A stretch of DNA of 63,468 nt, filler included, from Pelomyxa schiedti (GCA_020536535.1; 17 parts of 17 records of this genome joined end to end with filler, not necessarily neighbours in it), one strand, 5' to 3'. Shown: positions 24,317 to 37,161, counted from the first letter of the whole stretch. Notes: generated from the sequence alone by a model not told the origin. Program-made: numbers and translations.

Positions 24317-27300
24317 CTAGAAACCCTCAGATTGGGCTAGTTGGAATAGCAGGCTGAAGTATCCTTTGTCAACTCTCACTGGCATGGGGATGGTGAATCC
24401 CAGATTCATGAACACATCCTTAATTGTACTGCCAGGACCCCTGGGCCACCAATTCTGGTGCTCCACAATGAATACATATCCATTGGGCTTGCATATCCTC
24501 ATGGCTTCATCTGCTATTTCTCCCAGTGAATTACCCCAGCTGATTGACATGCTGAACACAACCACATCAAAGTGTCCAGCTGCAAGTTCTGTGTGAATGA
24601 AGTTGCACTTGTGAATTGGGAATTCATTAGTGGCAGCCTCATGGTCGATATTGGTGACCTTGGTTGGTGAGTGTTAGTGTTCTTTTTTAACTCATGGTTT
24701 CTTGTGGGATGATGTATACCTGGACTCGGGGATGAGCTTGCATAAATCTAGCAAGTGAGCAACTTCCACAGCCCATGTCAGCAACTCGTATTTCTTTTGC
24801 TTCAGGTAATTTCCCCATGATGTAGAAGATGAGATTGGCCGCTCGTCTCACTGGTACAGATGAGAGTCCCATTGATTGGAACCTTGCATCCTGAAGTGCA
24901 ATGAACTGGAACCACTTTTGCCTTTTCTCTGGCTCCCTCTGAATGAGGTCATGCAGCTTTTGTGGGTTTTCCTTTTTCAGTTCGTAAAGGAGGGTGAGAA
25001 AGTCCTGAGAATTGAGAGCCGGCAAGTGGAAGCGTCGAATGAGGAGCTCAATGAAATGCAAATACATTCCAGTTTTGCCAATTTGTGGCTCCGCGGAAAT
25101 TACGAACCGGTTCTTGATTCTTTCTACGTCTGGAACTTCCTCCTTAAAAAATTCCCAAGGGTGCAGTTTAGTAGGGTCCCAAATCACTTCTGGGTGGAAA
25201 AAAACAGCAAGTGATTCCTCTTGCCTTTCCTCATCCTGATGTGTGTTAGAAATAACTATTGAATGGCAAGCGCATTAACCTCTTCATCGTCTTCACGGGG
25301 TTCTGATGATTTTGTGAGGCATGGGTCCAGTGTTACCCTCCCTCTTGCCAACGAAAGTGCTTCAATCGGATTCTTTGCAAATTGATAGGCATATGAGTTC
25401 AGGAGAACAATGGGACAGCGATCAGGGGATGTAGCCCACTTGAATGCACGCCCAATATCTTGAACAAACGAAGAATATGTGAAAGAATTTGTCTTGCTGG
25501 GGGTATAGCGCGCACGCAGATCAAAAAGCTGGAATTTCTCCGGCATTGTGTCACCCATCCTCGCCTTGATCGAACATCAGAACTGTGAAATGAATGTCAC
25601 AGGTACCTTTTCAACGAGAATAAGCAAGCATGCCCTCTTCAAACTCTGATAGCCAGTGAATGGGGGGAGAATACGAGCCCACTTTTGTGAAACAGATATC
25701 TTGCTTTCACCATCAGAATCAACAGCATCCTGAATGCAAAAGAATTCCTCCACTCCCAATGCTGAAATCAAACAGGACACCAGATTGCCGTAGAACTTTG
25801 CAAACCCAGAAGGCAACCGAACTGCCACAATTCCTCCGTGGAGGAGTGTGTCCACAGCTTTGCTCTCTGAGCCTCCCAGCTGAGTCCATGGTGGAATTGC
25901 CAAAGGAGTCCCAGTCGGATGCTTCCTCAGGTACAGACTGATGAAAGCAGCTGCATAACTCATGAGGCTCGCCACAGTATATCTGTCTCTGGAAGCTAGC
26001 AGTCTATTCTGTAAAGCTGCATCAAGGTTCAGAGTATTGATCAAGGTATTCATGTTGTGCTCAAGGTCATTGTTGGAAATAATATGAGGCGGATTTTCAG
26101 CAATGAGCTTCTCCCTTCCATAATATTTGGCTTGGTGGTCAATTTTTGTTTCCCACGCATGAACGTGAGATTTCAACAGGTCCGAGTCGATCTGATTCCA
26201 TGCAGTCGCTGAAACTTGGATTGTGAGAAAGTTGGACCCAGGGTTCTTCAGTGCCTCTTTGAGTATTTCTCCAATCTGTGAAAACTTCACTTTTTTCTCA
26301 CCATCTTCCACCTCCTGGCGCATCTTCACACCCCAATGGCATTCGTCGTGTATCATGAGGAAGAAGTAATTTGGATCATCCTTGAATTCAGTGGCATTGA
26401 CAAAAAAAGCGTTCGACGCTTTCTTACTTTCTGAGTAGTTATTGCCCTTGATTACGTGAATGTGGACGTTTGGACGTATTCCTCCATTTATTCTTTTCAG
26501 GTGTTCTTCGAAATGGGAAACTCTCTCGCATGTTTGGTTGAAAAGAGTGTTCCGTGGTGGAACAAGGATCAGTACCTCCAGGCACTGGCAGTTCTCTGGC
26601 AAAGGAAAGCTCATGAGAATTTTTTCCAGGAATTTCGAGGCTTCCCCCCTCTGAGAATCATGAGGATCGTATCCGTTGGGAGTAACTGCAGACGCGGACG
26701 CGGGAGTGGGAATGGACACGGAGGTGGACAACGATGCCAACGTAACTGCGGACGTGGACGCGGACGCGGACGTGGACGCCGACGTGGACGCCGACGTGGG
26801 CGTGGACGTGGACGTGGACGTGGACGTGGACGTGGACGTGGACGTGGACGTGGACGTGGACGTGGACGTGGACGTGGGCGAGGTAGTCACCATTTGAATC
26901 TCAGACAATTGTAATCCAAAACATTCCAGTGCATTCGCAAAGGCACTAAAAATATGTTTTTGAATGAGCTTCAAGTCTTGGGCAGTAAGTCTTGCAGAAT
27001 TCTTAACACTGTTACAAAGAAAAGAAAAAAAAAAGGAAAGGATATCACAATGTGCTTTTTCCAATGTGAGGCATGAGCCTGCTGGCTTTTGAATGTTTTC
27101 GAACACTCACGGCATTGCCAGAAGGGAATTGCCTCTCCGCTGTGTTGCGCTGAATTGTGGACTTTGAAAGAATTACGCTTATCGAACGCTGCACGACACT
27201 TGTTGCATATAATCAGTTGTTTTCTTCCATCACTTTTTGGTGGAGAGACTGCAACCGACGAGGAAACCTGAAAGGGTGAATATCAGTTGTATCAGTTGTT

Positions 27301-27369
27301 ACGACAACGCACCATTGTTTCGTCTGGCGCATCATCGCTCCCATCATTACTTCCCTTCACTATGTTCAT
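24317..27369 (-). CDS. 2x C2H2 zinc finger + circularly permuted SF2 helicase + Rrp8-like SAM methyltransferase (multi-exon)
   Basis: Spliced from ATG 27369: CNKCRAAFDKRNSFKVHNSAQH and CRECSKTFKSQQAHASHWKKH; ILVPPRNTLFNQ (Ia), IHDECHWG (II), VSATAWN (III), LVEK|ARMGDTMP (V), VQDIGRA (VI), then SAEPQIGKTG (I); then VADMGCG..FDVVVFSMSISWG..EAMRICKPNGYVFIVE, stop 24317. Introns with GT-AG ends and ctaac branch sites keep the frame. Confidence 0.85.
26755..26880. repeat. (GGACGT)n hexamer array encoding a TS/AS linker
   Basis: Tandem gtggac/gcggac units; translates to TSTSTSTS..ASTSAS between the zinc fingers and the helicase. Confidence 0.9.
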
Positions 27370-28759
27370 TTACTTTCTTAAATGTCGTTGGGCAACTCTG
27401 TTTACACAAACAAGTTTGCTTGTGGGTGCAAAGTAAAAATTAACTTTTAGTTTGACTTTCGGAAAATTCGGCTGTTCTTTTTTTGGCCTACACACCTGAC
27501 TCAGCAATTCAAAAAGTGGACACTCCTAAGGCCATTCTCGAAAAAAACTTTTCCAGTCTGTGCAGTGGACACGACCTCAAACCTCTGTTCGGGCCAAATA
27601 CTGCAACTGTGTTGTGGAAGGACTTCAGTACTGGTTGTACTGACTAAACAGAGCCGATGATGGTCAGGGGCCAGGTCCAACTGGAGTCCAGTCTCCCCAA
27701 AGACAGGTATGAGAACTTAGCCTTTGTTTCAAAACTGCAGTGGACCAAAAACGGATTACCGGGGGGTGTCCGGTTTACTCCCCCCAGGCTGTGATTTTGG
27801 GGGGGTGATTCGCTTTGAAAATGCACTNNNNNNNNNNNNNNNNNNNNNNNNNNNNNNNNNNNNNNNNNNNNTTAATTAATTAANNNNNNNNNNNNNNNNN
27901 NNNNNNNNNNNNNNNNNNNNNNNNNNNGCTGGAGGTTTCGAATTTGAAAACAGGGATTGTTGGTGTGGCTTCTGTTAAGTGGGTATTTGTAAGCCTGAGA
28001 AATGTACAAATATCGTCAAACTTTAGGCGCATCACCGAAAATATCATCGTCGTCATCTCCAAATATGATTTCTACTTGTGGCTTTTTGACCTCTGCGGGT
28101 GCCTGTGCCGTCTTGGCGGGAGGTTTTTCTGGAAAAAGAGTTGAGTAAAATGAGCAATTGCATTCGTAACTATCGACTGTTCTACAATTCAAGATGCAAA
28201 TAAGGGGAGAAGAGTGCGCGAGTCAAGATAAGCATATTTAAATGGTAAATGAGGTGATCAACTTGATCCTACTGAAAACACAGGCGACGGGGAAAATATG
28301 TCATCGTCGTCATCGAATAGGGACGTCGACGCTTTTTTCTACATGTAGTTGTTGGTTTTACTTCCATTGATTTGCTATTTAAAAATCGGAGTTTCATTTT
28401 ATGTCGGTGTGCCGTTTCGTGAGACGTGGGCACACCGTCGACATCCAGTAGAACGAAAAAAACGATTCAATGAATTTCATCAGTCAAGAGAATGATTCCC
28501 TGGGGCAGGTCCGCTCTTCAACGGAACGTGGCACATCTATCGAAAGAGCTCCTTCTGGGTATCCCATAGAAGAGAAAGCCAATCCCTATTTCTCAGATTA
28601 TTCTTAGAGATGCTTTTCCAAAAAGCCCTAAAGTTATCTATGACTTCGATAACGCTTACTGGGCGAATGGTGGGTATTGCGCAACCGTGTTCATCAACAA
28701 ACTGGCATTGTTGAGAAATCAACTAGACGGCTGATCCAATCACGGCAGGGATGTTGACC

Positions 28760-28950
28760 AAGTGTGGGATGTGGATGATGCAAACCAAGCCTTTCAGGAT
28801 ACTGAAATACCTCCGTGGTTGCAGAGCAGAACATACTTTTGTTGAAGGTGGCCTTCTGTCCTGTGCATCACGCAACGATGTGTATGTTACCGGGGAGTTC
28901 TCTGGTCATCACCTTCCAGTTGTTCAGAACTCTGGGTTTACTCATGTATC
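28760..28950 (+). pseudogene. Frameshifted remnant of the beta-rich family C-terminus
   Basis: QVWDVDDANQAF and FVEGGLLSCASRNDVYVTGEFSGHHLPVV lie in different frames; similar to the family ends at 15258 and 32176. Confidence 0.45.
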
Positions 28951-29404
28951 ATTACTCTGTCCCTCTCAAACCCACAACTACAATCAGATCATACAGCTTT
29001 GAACTCAGGTATGTTTGATTCTTTTCACCCAAACTCCCAAGGGCAGACAACACAACATGGTGGAACATACCCCATATTAGTCACCAAAGCACAAACAAGG
29101 CAGTGCCCACAAGAAAGAAAGAAGTACTGAAGTCAACAATTACATGGATAGAAAAGGGGCTGTATATACATGGTCAAGGGTTGGTGTCGGCATCAATGTC
29201 ACTTGGTCCCTCAGTGTCACACGGGGGTACATATCCTGTGCACCTGACCCCATCCTTTACCAGTGGTGTGCCCTTGTCACCCATGGCTCTGGCACTGATG
29301 CAGANNNNNNNNNNNNNNNNNNNNNNNNNNNNNNNNNNNNNNNNNNNNTTAATTAATTAANNNNNNNNNNNNNNNNNNNNNNNNNNNNNNNNNNNNNNNN
29401 NNNN

Positions 29405-29806
29405 CCACGCGATGCAAGATGGAGCAGGGGCGCAGGCGGCGCACGTGAGCCTGGAATAACGAGACACCCTCGGGAACATGCGACCAACGAGGGCGCACGC
29501 CCTCGCGACCAGCGGGAACAGCCCAGCTGCCACTCGGTACAGTGCAACAGATGCCCGGTCGATGTCCTCAGGGGTCAACGGCGTGGAGGTGGTGGCCGAT
29601 GATGATGATGGGTCGTCGGCGGCGGCGGCGGGGGCGAAGCCGAGGAGCCATCCTGGCGCCACGACCCAGTCCCACACAGCTCGCGACACCGCAATTGTGT
29701 GTTGTAACTCGGTCACATCTCCCCCAGGGCGCCCATCTGGTATCGGACGGGTGGTGCTGGCCAGCAACGCATCAACAGGCGGCCCGACCTGAAACTCACT
29801 TGCCAT
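29405..29806 (-). CDS. Family A N-terminus, truncated by contig end
   Basis: MASEF..VSRAVWDWVVAPGW..LYRVAAGLFPLVARAC..ACAPAPSCIAW; paralogue of the 9937 start. Confidence 0.7.
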
Positions 29807-30616
29807 GATGGCCTGTGACACAGACTTCGTGCGTTGACACGAATCGCTTTCTTCTTTGACCCAAAAAGTGTGAGTAGAAACAATCAAAGGTGAAGAAAGA
29901 ATGAACGGTAGATACGACGACTTGTGCACCAACTAAGGCGCGTTGATCGTCGTCGGCGGCGGATGGTGCGGCGAGTGTATTTATTAACAAGTGTTGATGG
30001 GGTGATGAATCACGAGGAGGTAGGTGTGGGCGGAGGAACGGCTCTTTTTTTTTTTTCTCCCCCTTTTTGGATGTGAGGGGGGATAATAATTTTGTAATGG
30101 CTTGTCCAATGGCACCATAGCTCTCCCTGGTAGAAATATTGATTGGAAATTGGTATGTGAAATCGGTTTGCACTCAGTGCGGCATTGTTCTTCGTATTGT
30201 TGCATGATGCTTGCCTATGTAAAACGCATTGGCCCCACTAAACATGGTGCTGAACATCGGCTTTGGTTTTCCTGACTCAACTCCCAGCTTTGCAACAACT
30301 CCGCTGAGTTCACTGTGCTACCGGTTGTAAACCGGGAGTGGTAAGTGTTAATTTATTGCTGTTACTGTTACTCATTTGGGTTTGAAGGGGAAGTTCAGCT
30401 ACGACTTGGTTTTTGTGATTTCCTTTTGGTTTCAGTTCTGGTCTTTCCAGTGAGCTTTGAATGCACATATTTAGCACCTCCGCAGTTGTAATAACACATG
30501 CCGAGCGTTGTACACANNNNNNNNNNNNNNNNNNNNNNNNNNNNNNNNNNNNNNNNNNNNTTAATTAATTAANNNNNNNNNNNNNNNNNNNNNNNNNNNN
30601 NNNNNNNNNNNNNNNN

Positions 30617-31923
30617 TGATACCAAAAGATATGTTTGCCTTGTGGTGACACTCTTTTGAGAAAACAAATTGAGTGAATAAAGAGCAAAATGCGTAAATAC
30701 AAACCTTGGGAGAGTCACTGGCTGGGAAAGGGATCCATTTCCAACAAAAGTTTCAAGGGTTCCGGCAACCAAATCCACTTCAATTGTGAACTCATTTGTT
30801 TCCTTTTCGCCAGGATAGTTGTTGGGAGCTGGTGTGAATAAATCGAACTTATCAGTGTGATTCCAAAGTACTGCTCCGTCCGAGCAACGGAGTATCACTG
30901 AATATTCACATCTCGGAGGCCTGGAATAGAAATAACCGTTGAAACTGAAAGAGGTCACATCAATCTCCGATGTATAGCCCAGTATTCCAACAATAAATCC
31001 GTGTTTTTTGTCCATTCTTTTGTAACACCTGTGAACTGCGATTGGGGAAATTCAAACTGCAGTGGTGATGTTTGAGAGGGAACTGACCTGGTTGTGGCAT
31101 TTTTCTTCCACTGTGGCTTCTGCTTTGGATTGAACTCCACCACACTCAGGTGCCCACTGACTCCCCACCCACACTTTCCCGCACCGATGTCGATTTCATC
31201 GCTTCCAAGGAGTGACAAATCCACACCAGAGCCTTCAGGCAGACAAAAACTGTCACTTGTGAGAATCCAGCTGTAGCAGCTATCTCCCAGAACCCTGGTC
31301 GCAGTCAGTCCATCGGCACTCACCCTATAATCTCCATTCTTCCTGAACTAAATTCAATAGCAACCNNNNNNNNNNNNNNNNNNNNNNNNNNNNNNNNNNN
31401 NNNNNNNNNNNNNNNNNNNNNNNNNNNNNNNNNNNNNNNNNNNNNNNNNNNNNNNNNNNNNNNNNAAAAACTGTCACTTGTGAGAATCCAGCTGTAGCAG
31501 CTATCTCCCAGAACCCTGGTCGCAGTCAGTCCATCGGCACTCACCCTATAATCTCCATTCTTCCTGAACTAAATTCAATAGCAACCAAGCCGAATCCAAT
31601 GTAAGTAAAAATCACAGAAAAAAGGAAAAAAACAGCATACATACACCAAAGAAAGGCGGCTTCATCAACAAACAAATTGAGGCGATGAGGGTAGGTGGCA
31701 AATCTTTGATCCCACAATCGCGACGGTGGCCGCCGCTCCTCCACCAACGTGGTGCCACCCTGGCTGTCGTGCAACCAAAAATTACAGCGACACACACCCT
31801 CCGCCAGCATTCCCTGTTCCACAAAACGCCGGTGGCGCCCACCGTCCCATCATTGTTCGTTCGGCAGTTTTCGCCCACACCACCAACCGCCCGTTTCAAC
31901 GTCCCCCACACACCATCCATCAA
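30617..31923 (-). CDS. Multi-exon protein with degenerate F-box-like leader and SPRY-like C-terminal domain, 3' truncated
   Basis: RVCVAVIFG..CGIKDLPPTLIASICLLM, then MSADGLTATRV..YSWILTS..GFIVGI..FTIEVDLVAGTLETFVG (SPRY-like). Contains a gap artefact. Confidence 0.5.
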
Positions 31924-32175
31924 AAAATCGGTGTTTGTCTGTCCTGAAAGTCACTACGGCAACGAACACGACCCCACTGGCAAGGCTTTCTGTAAATAAT
32001 TTTCTGGTTTGTTGTTTGTTTCGATTTGTGAGGTTTAAGTCGTGATTCTACGGTTGGAGTGCCTGTTTGGACTCGAAAAGGACTTGAAATCCTGAATGTA
32101 GAAGAACCAAAGCTAAGATTGACACTTTTTGCACCATTCCATTCCCCTGGCATAAGATCTCCGTTAACTATTTAT

Positions 32176-32618
32176 TCACAACAAGGAAGCACGTGTGTCG
32201 ATCCGCGCAATTTCAAATGGTGCCTCGATTGTGAGGATGATGATGCCGGAAACTGCTTCCATCACAGTAACCTTGTTTCCACTGAGTGCAAACAGGAAAC
32301 TGCTGCAACAAACAACTGCTGGGTACACATACTCGTTGTACTGGTTGGTGTTGTTGTTGAGGCCGCCGAGGTCAGAAGTCATGAGTGGGTTCCCGGGGTT
32401 GTTGCAATCCCACAGTTCAAACCACAAGCTGGGTGTGTTTTGGTGCCACAGGCAGAACAGCGAAGAACTCATCTGTGAAACCGTGGTGCACATTGGTTTC
32501 AGAATTCTGCATTGCCCAGTGGATGCTTCCACCCAGTAAGCAGGACCGTAAGGAGTTGTGGACCTATGCCCTGTGAGAATGAACACAAGTTCGCCACTTA
32601 TCTTTCGTGTGATGGCAA
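32176..32618 (-). CDS. C-terminal part of a beta-rich expanded-family protein, 5' truncated
   Basis: Open from the linker: ..FELWDCNNPGNPL..SSFLFALSGNKVTVMEAVSGIIILTI..*. Confidence 0.65.
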
Positions 32619-33709
32619 NNNNNNNNNNNNNNNNNNNNNNNNNNNNNNNNNNNNNNNNNNNNTTAATTAATTAANNNNNNNNNNNNNNNNNNNNNNNNNN
32701 NNNNNNNNNNNNNNNNNNTGTGGCAATGTTCAGCGTGTCCCAACAAAAAAAAGGTCATACCCTCATAGTTCAGTTGAGTTATATGCGGAGATATGGCTTC
32801 AAGCACTTTTCGACCAGCATCATCACCAAGATTTGGGTTGCCTTGTGTTGGATGTGGGTGTGTTCAAATGGAAGCTGGAGAGGGAAATTAACCAGAGATA
32901 TCCAGGGAACTTATGGTGGCTGAATTTTGCAGTAGACGTGTGAGCCCCTCTGCTGCCCCTGGTGTCAAATGTGCACCTAAAAAGGGAGTCATTGTCACCC
33001 TCCATGAAAGAGAGGAAAACCAGCAAGCCTCAGTGTCCTGAGGATACGTGAAGTGGTGACCACACTCCAGAATTCATCACACCCCTGTTCAAACAGTGTC
33101 CCTGAAGAAGAGCAGTGAGGCTTGCTCAATCAACAAATCCAAAAGGTTCACCCACCATCAAGGGACAACTCTTCCACGTTTCTCAGGTAAATCGCTAGGC
33201 CACCACCATGGATGAGGTCTGTATCTACAAGTGGCCAACAACAACTTGAGTGAATTGGAACAACAACAACAGCAACAACGGTACGTCGTGTGGTTGTGGT
33301 AGTAGTTACTGCTCATATCCAGTGTTGGTCCCTTGGTTCTGGCATACTCCCGAAGCACACACACTTTTTTTTTTGATCATCCCGCCTCCGGTTTTTTTCA
33401 CACACAACGCGACGTGGCCAGCTATTTAACGCGAGCCAAAAACCAAGTTAGTGAATCTCATTACACCAAGTTGGGAATCCTGCTGGAGCGTATTCAGCAT
33501 AGAGCATCTGTTCCTAATTTTCGGGGCAAAACCTGGACTACCTACCAAAATAAGGAGTGTAAGAGAGTTTATCATGGACTACATTTTTGTGTGGAAGACC
33601 CTAGAAGCACAGAAGGTCCTTCACAATCGGAGAATCGCACGTGCACAGTGATGGTCTAATCACTATCTGCGAATCACAACACCATCACGGCTCGGAAATG
33701 TCAGACATT

Positions 33710-33960
33710 AGTGGCGGTGCTTGTGGCGGTGCTCGTGGCAGTGCTCGTGGCGGTGTTTGTGGCGGTGTTTGTGGCGGTGTTTGTGGCAGTGCTTGTGGTG
33801 GTGTTCGTGGACGTGCTTGTGGCAGTGCTCGTGGCAGTGCTCGTGGCAGTGCTCATGGTGGTGCTCGTGGTGGTGCTCCTGGTGGTGCTCCTGGTGGTGC
33901 TCGTGGTGGTGGTCATGGTGGTGCTCCTGGTGGAGCTCAGGGTAGTGGTGCTCATGGCAG
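33710..33960. repeat. Degenerate 12-bp tandem array (GTGGCRGTGCTC-like)
   Basis: Repeated gtggcagtgctc / gtggcggtgttt / gtggtggtgctc units; open in several frames (STAT/TRST on minus). Confidence 0.8.
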
Positions 33961-34392
33961 CCCTTGTTGTGCTCACAGTGCCTGTGGTGGCAGCAGCACC
34001 TGTTGTGGTGCTTGTTGTGGTGGTGCTGATGGAGTGTTGCGAACCAGCAGCCTCCTCACTCACAACTTCAAATCACAACCACCCAGTGCAGACTTGCACC
34101 TCCACCAGGTTGTGTTCCGGGCTGCCCTTAAAACAGTCGGACAGATCGATCTATCAAAACAATCAAATTGTGTGAAAAGAGTTTCATCACCCCGTCCACT
34201 TTTCGAGGCAGACCGATTTGTGCGCGCATGCTCTAATTCGCACCACGGTGCCCCGCGATTTGTAGGACATGACAACGGACGCTGATGCGGAGGCGTTGAG
34301 GAGGTATGTTCCTACACGCGGGGACTGGTACGGTGCCTTCTGACAATTTAGTGCAGTGCGTATCATACCCTGTGTGTTGGGTGCCTTATGGT

Positions 34393-34506
34393 TATTGTAT
34401 TGTATTGTATTGTATTGTATTGTATTGTATTGTATTGTATTGTATTGTATTGTATTGTATTGTATTGTATTGTATTGTATTGTATTGTATTGTATTGTAT
34501 TGTATT
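34393..34506. repeat. (TATTG)n microsatellite
   Basis: Roughly 22 perfect pentamer copies. Confidence 0.95.
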
Positions 34507-34984
34507 ATTATTTAAATGAGAATTATTACCAAGAAGGTGTAGGATACTGGATTAATTAAAATTGGTTTGGGTATAAATAAGTGACATCTGCTGTGGGTGC
34601 CACTTACCTGCGTCACGAGGCAGTAACAATACATGGTACATTTCCGCCATTATTTCAAACCCACCACACATCCATCCAATAGTAATTATTCTCTCCACGT
34701 TACCAATTTATTTTCATTTCTACATACCTCATTAATTTCCACAAATTACAGGAATCAACTTCCATGGGTCCTCTGCATTTAATTTGTGTTCAGCTCGAGT
34801 ATGGACATTTCTGAGTATCAGTGCACTCAGGGCACACAGGGCAGTCACATTGAGGTGAGCAAAATAATTTGCAGCCGTTCCTACNNNNNNNNNNNNNNNN
34901 NNNNNNNNNNNNNNNNNNNNNNNNNNNNTTAATTAATTAANNNNNNNNNNNNNNNNNNNNNNNNNNNNNNNNNNNNNNNNNNNN

Positions 34985-35525
34985 GGCCTGTCTCCCACGC
35001 TTCAGCATATGACGCCGCGGATTTCCTACTGCTGATCGCGGCGCCCCTGCTTCTGATGCTGCTGCCGTTGTCATGGATGTAGCTCAGCATCCACTGTATG
35101 CACGACGTGGCCGGTGCTCTGGCAGCGTCGACCAGCGCGTCATACGACGAGAAACACACACGCAGAGGGGGGGTGTTGATGCCCTCCGGTTCCACGTCTC
35201 CTCTGATGGCGATGCTGTTGGCAGCGGCGATGTTTGTGAGCACCCTCTTGGACACGAGTGCCACGAGTGGGAACATGGCCTCGGCCACCCTGAACAGTGC
35301 CACGCAGCAGCAGATGCCTGCGCCACAACAATTGCTGCAGTTATTATTATCGATCCAACCACCCGACACTACCGTGTCCCACACAAGACGGGACACCTCG
35401 AGCACCGCGGCGGCGCTGCGTCGGCGATTATGGGTCGTCGCAGTTGTTGTTGTCGTCTCGGTTGGCGCAGGCGAGGCCGTCGTGCAACCAGTCGCGACGG
35501 CCGAATGTGTAGTGTCTGTTCTCAT
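34985..35525 (-). CDS. Family A N-terminus, truncated by contig end
   Basis: MRTDTT..LEVSRLVWDTVVSGGW..LFRVAEAMFPLVALVSKRVL..DAARAPATSCIQWML. Confidence 0.7.
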
Positions 35526-36340
35526 TGTAACAATGAAATTAGCGTTGATACACTTGGGGAAAAAGGTGTTGAAAGGAATGAAAGTAGGGGAATGGTGGGG
35601 CTGACTTACGCACCACACGCTACGCCACACTACCCATCAACATGTTGTGTTACCACGTGAGGAGTTGAGTGTGGGAAGGGCAGGATCCATGTCCACATCC
35701 AAACAACCACGTCCCACAAGTACAATCACCCAAAAAAAATGTTGTACTTTTGATTGCCAGACTGAATCATTACTGGTAACACCCCCAAATAGGTTGCAAT
35801 GAACATTGCATTGAAATGATGTAAGACCACATCTTTGGCTTTCAATCAGTGTCTCAATGACTCTTGACCTTATTTGGCTTGAAAACATGAGAAACTGCAC
35901 TACAGGATTTTTACTCATTATCACTCACAAGGCGCACCTCAGGTAGTCTCAATTGCACACCGGCCACCAAAACTAGTTAAGGATGTACATGCACTTGGTA
36001 GCAAAATTTCCCACATTGTAATACAACCACATTTCACCAATCAAGCAACAAAAATAAAGATGTACATGCTTTGTTACTGAGGCCTAAAGGCTGTGTACAA
36101 ACACAGCTTCCTGGCTTCCCAGGGGCCAAGCCCGGTTCTCAGTTGAGTGTGCAGCAGCAGTTCTGGTCGACCCAGTGAGCTGCAGGAGCTGTTGGCAGTG
36201 TCCTTCCTGGGTGGCCATCGGAGCTCCGAAGCTGCCACAAGCCAAGACACCTCCAGCACCGCGGGCGGCGCTGCGTTATGGGAATCGTAGCGGATCTGTA
36301 GATTTCAAGGAATACCCCTACGCGTCGACCGTAATTACAC

Positions 36341-37061
36341 ATGTCCGACAATCAACAAAGGACGAGCGACGTCCCTGCGGTGGTGATGGCAACTGGCACC
36401 ACGACGGCTGTGAGCCAGTTTGTTGCCCTTTTGTCGTCGTCCCACGCTCGTTGTGGTGCACACAGCCCGGCGCGCCTCATCTGCTGCGTGGGTCCCATAA
36501 TGCACTCCATGTGGCGCGACTTGGTGGTGGCCACGGCGACGCGCTTCGTCGTGGTTTTTGGGCAGTACTTAGCGCCGCCGAGTTCGTGGTGGTCGGTTCC
36601 CATAACCGTGTCGCCACTGCTCCACAGCGTGCTCAACAGCACCGTAACGTGCACGAATACAGGATCCCTCAAGTGGCTCACACAGAGCGTCGTGATGAAG
36701 ACCGAGTACCTGGGGGTTGGTGCTGTATCCGTTGTGACTGCTAGACAGATGGATGGCCGTCCCACAATGTTCTTGAAGACTGGCCTACGGAGTGTGACTA
36801 GTTTTACCAACAGAAAGTGGATGATTGTGGTCGAGCACCTCGCTGATGACACTGGACGCGCACTGGCCATCTGGAGGCTGCCTCTTGATCATGATTATGG
36901 GAGCGTTGTTGTCGTGGAACCTGCTGTTTTGGTGTTCATTCCTGAGAGTGACGTGGTTTTCAGCTTCGATTTTTTTGACAACTTGCTTGATACTGACGAG
37001 GTTCTGATGTGCAGTTCTGACCTTACAAGGACTTTTTTCACATTGATTGATATTGGGAGCT
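36341..37061 (+). CDS. Expanded-family protein with 'SQFVAL.SSSHARCG..SPAR' leader, 3' truncated
   Basis: MSDNQQ..AVSQFVALLSSSHARCGAHSPARLI..MWRDLVV..NRKWMIVV..LAIWRL..FTLIDIGS; open to the linker. Confidence 0.7.
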
Positions 37062-37161
37062 NNNNNNNNNNNNNNNNNNNNNNNNNNNNNNNNNNNNNNN
37101 NNNNNTTAATTAATTAANNNNNNNNNNNNNNNNNNNNNNNNNNNNNNNNNNNNNNNNNNNN

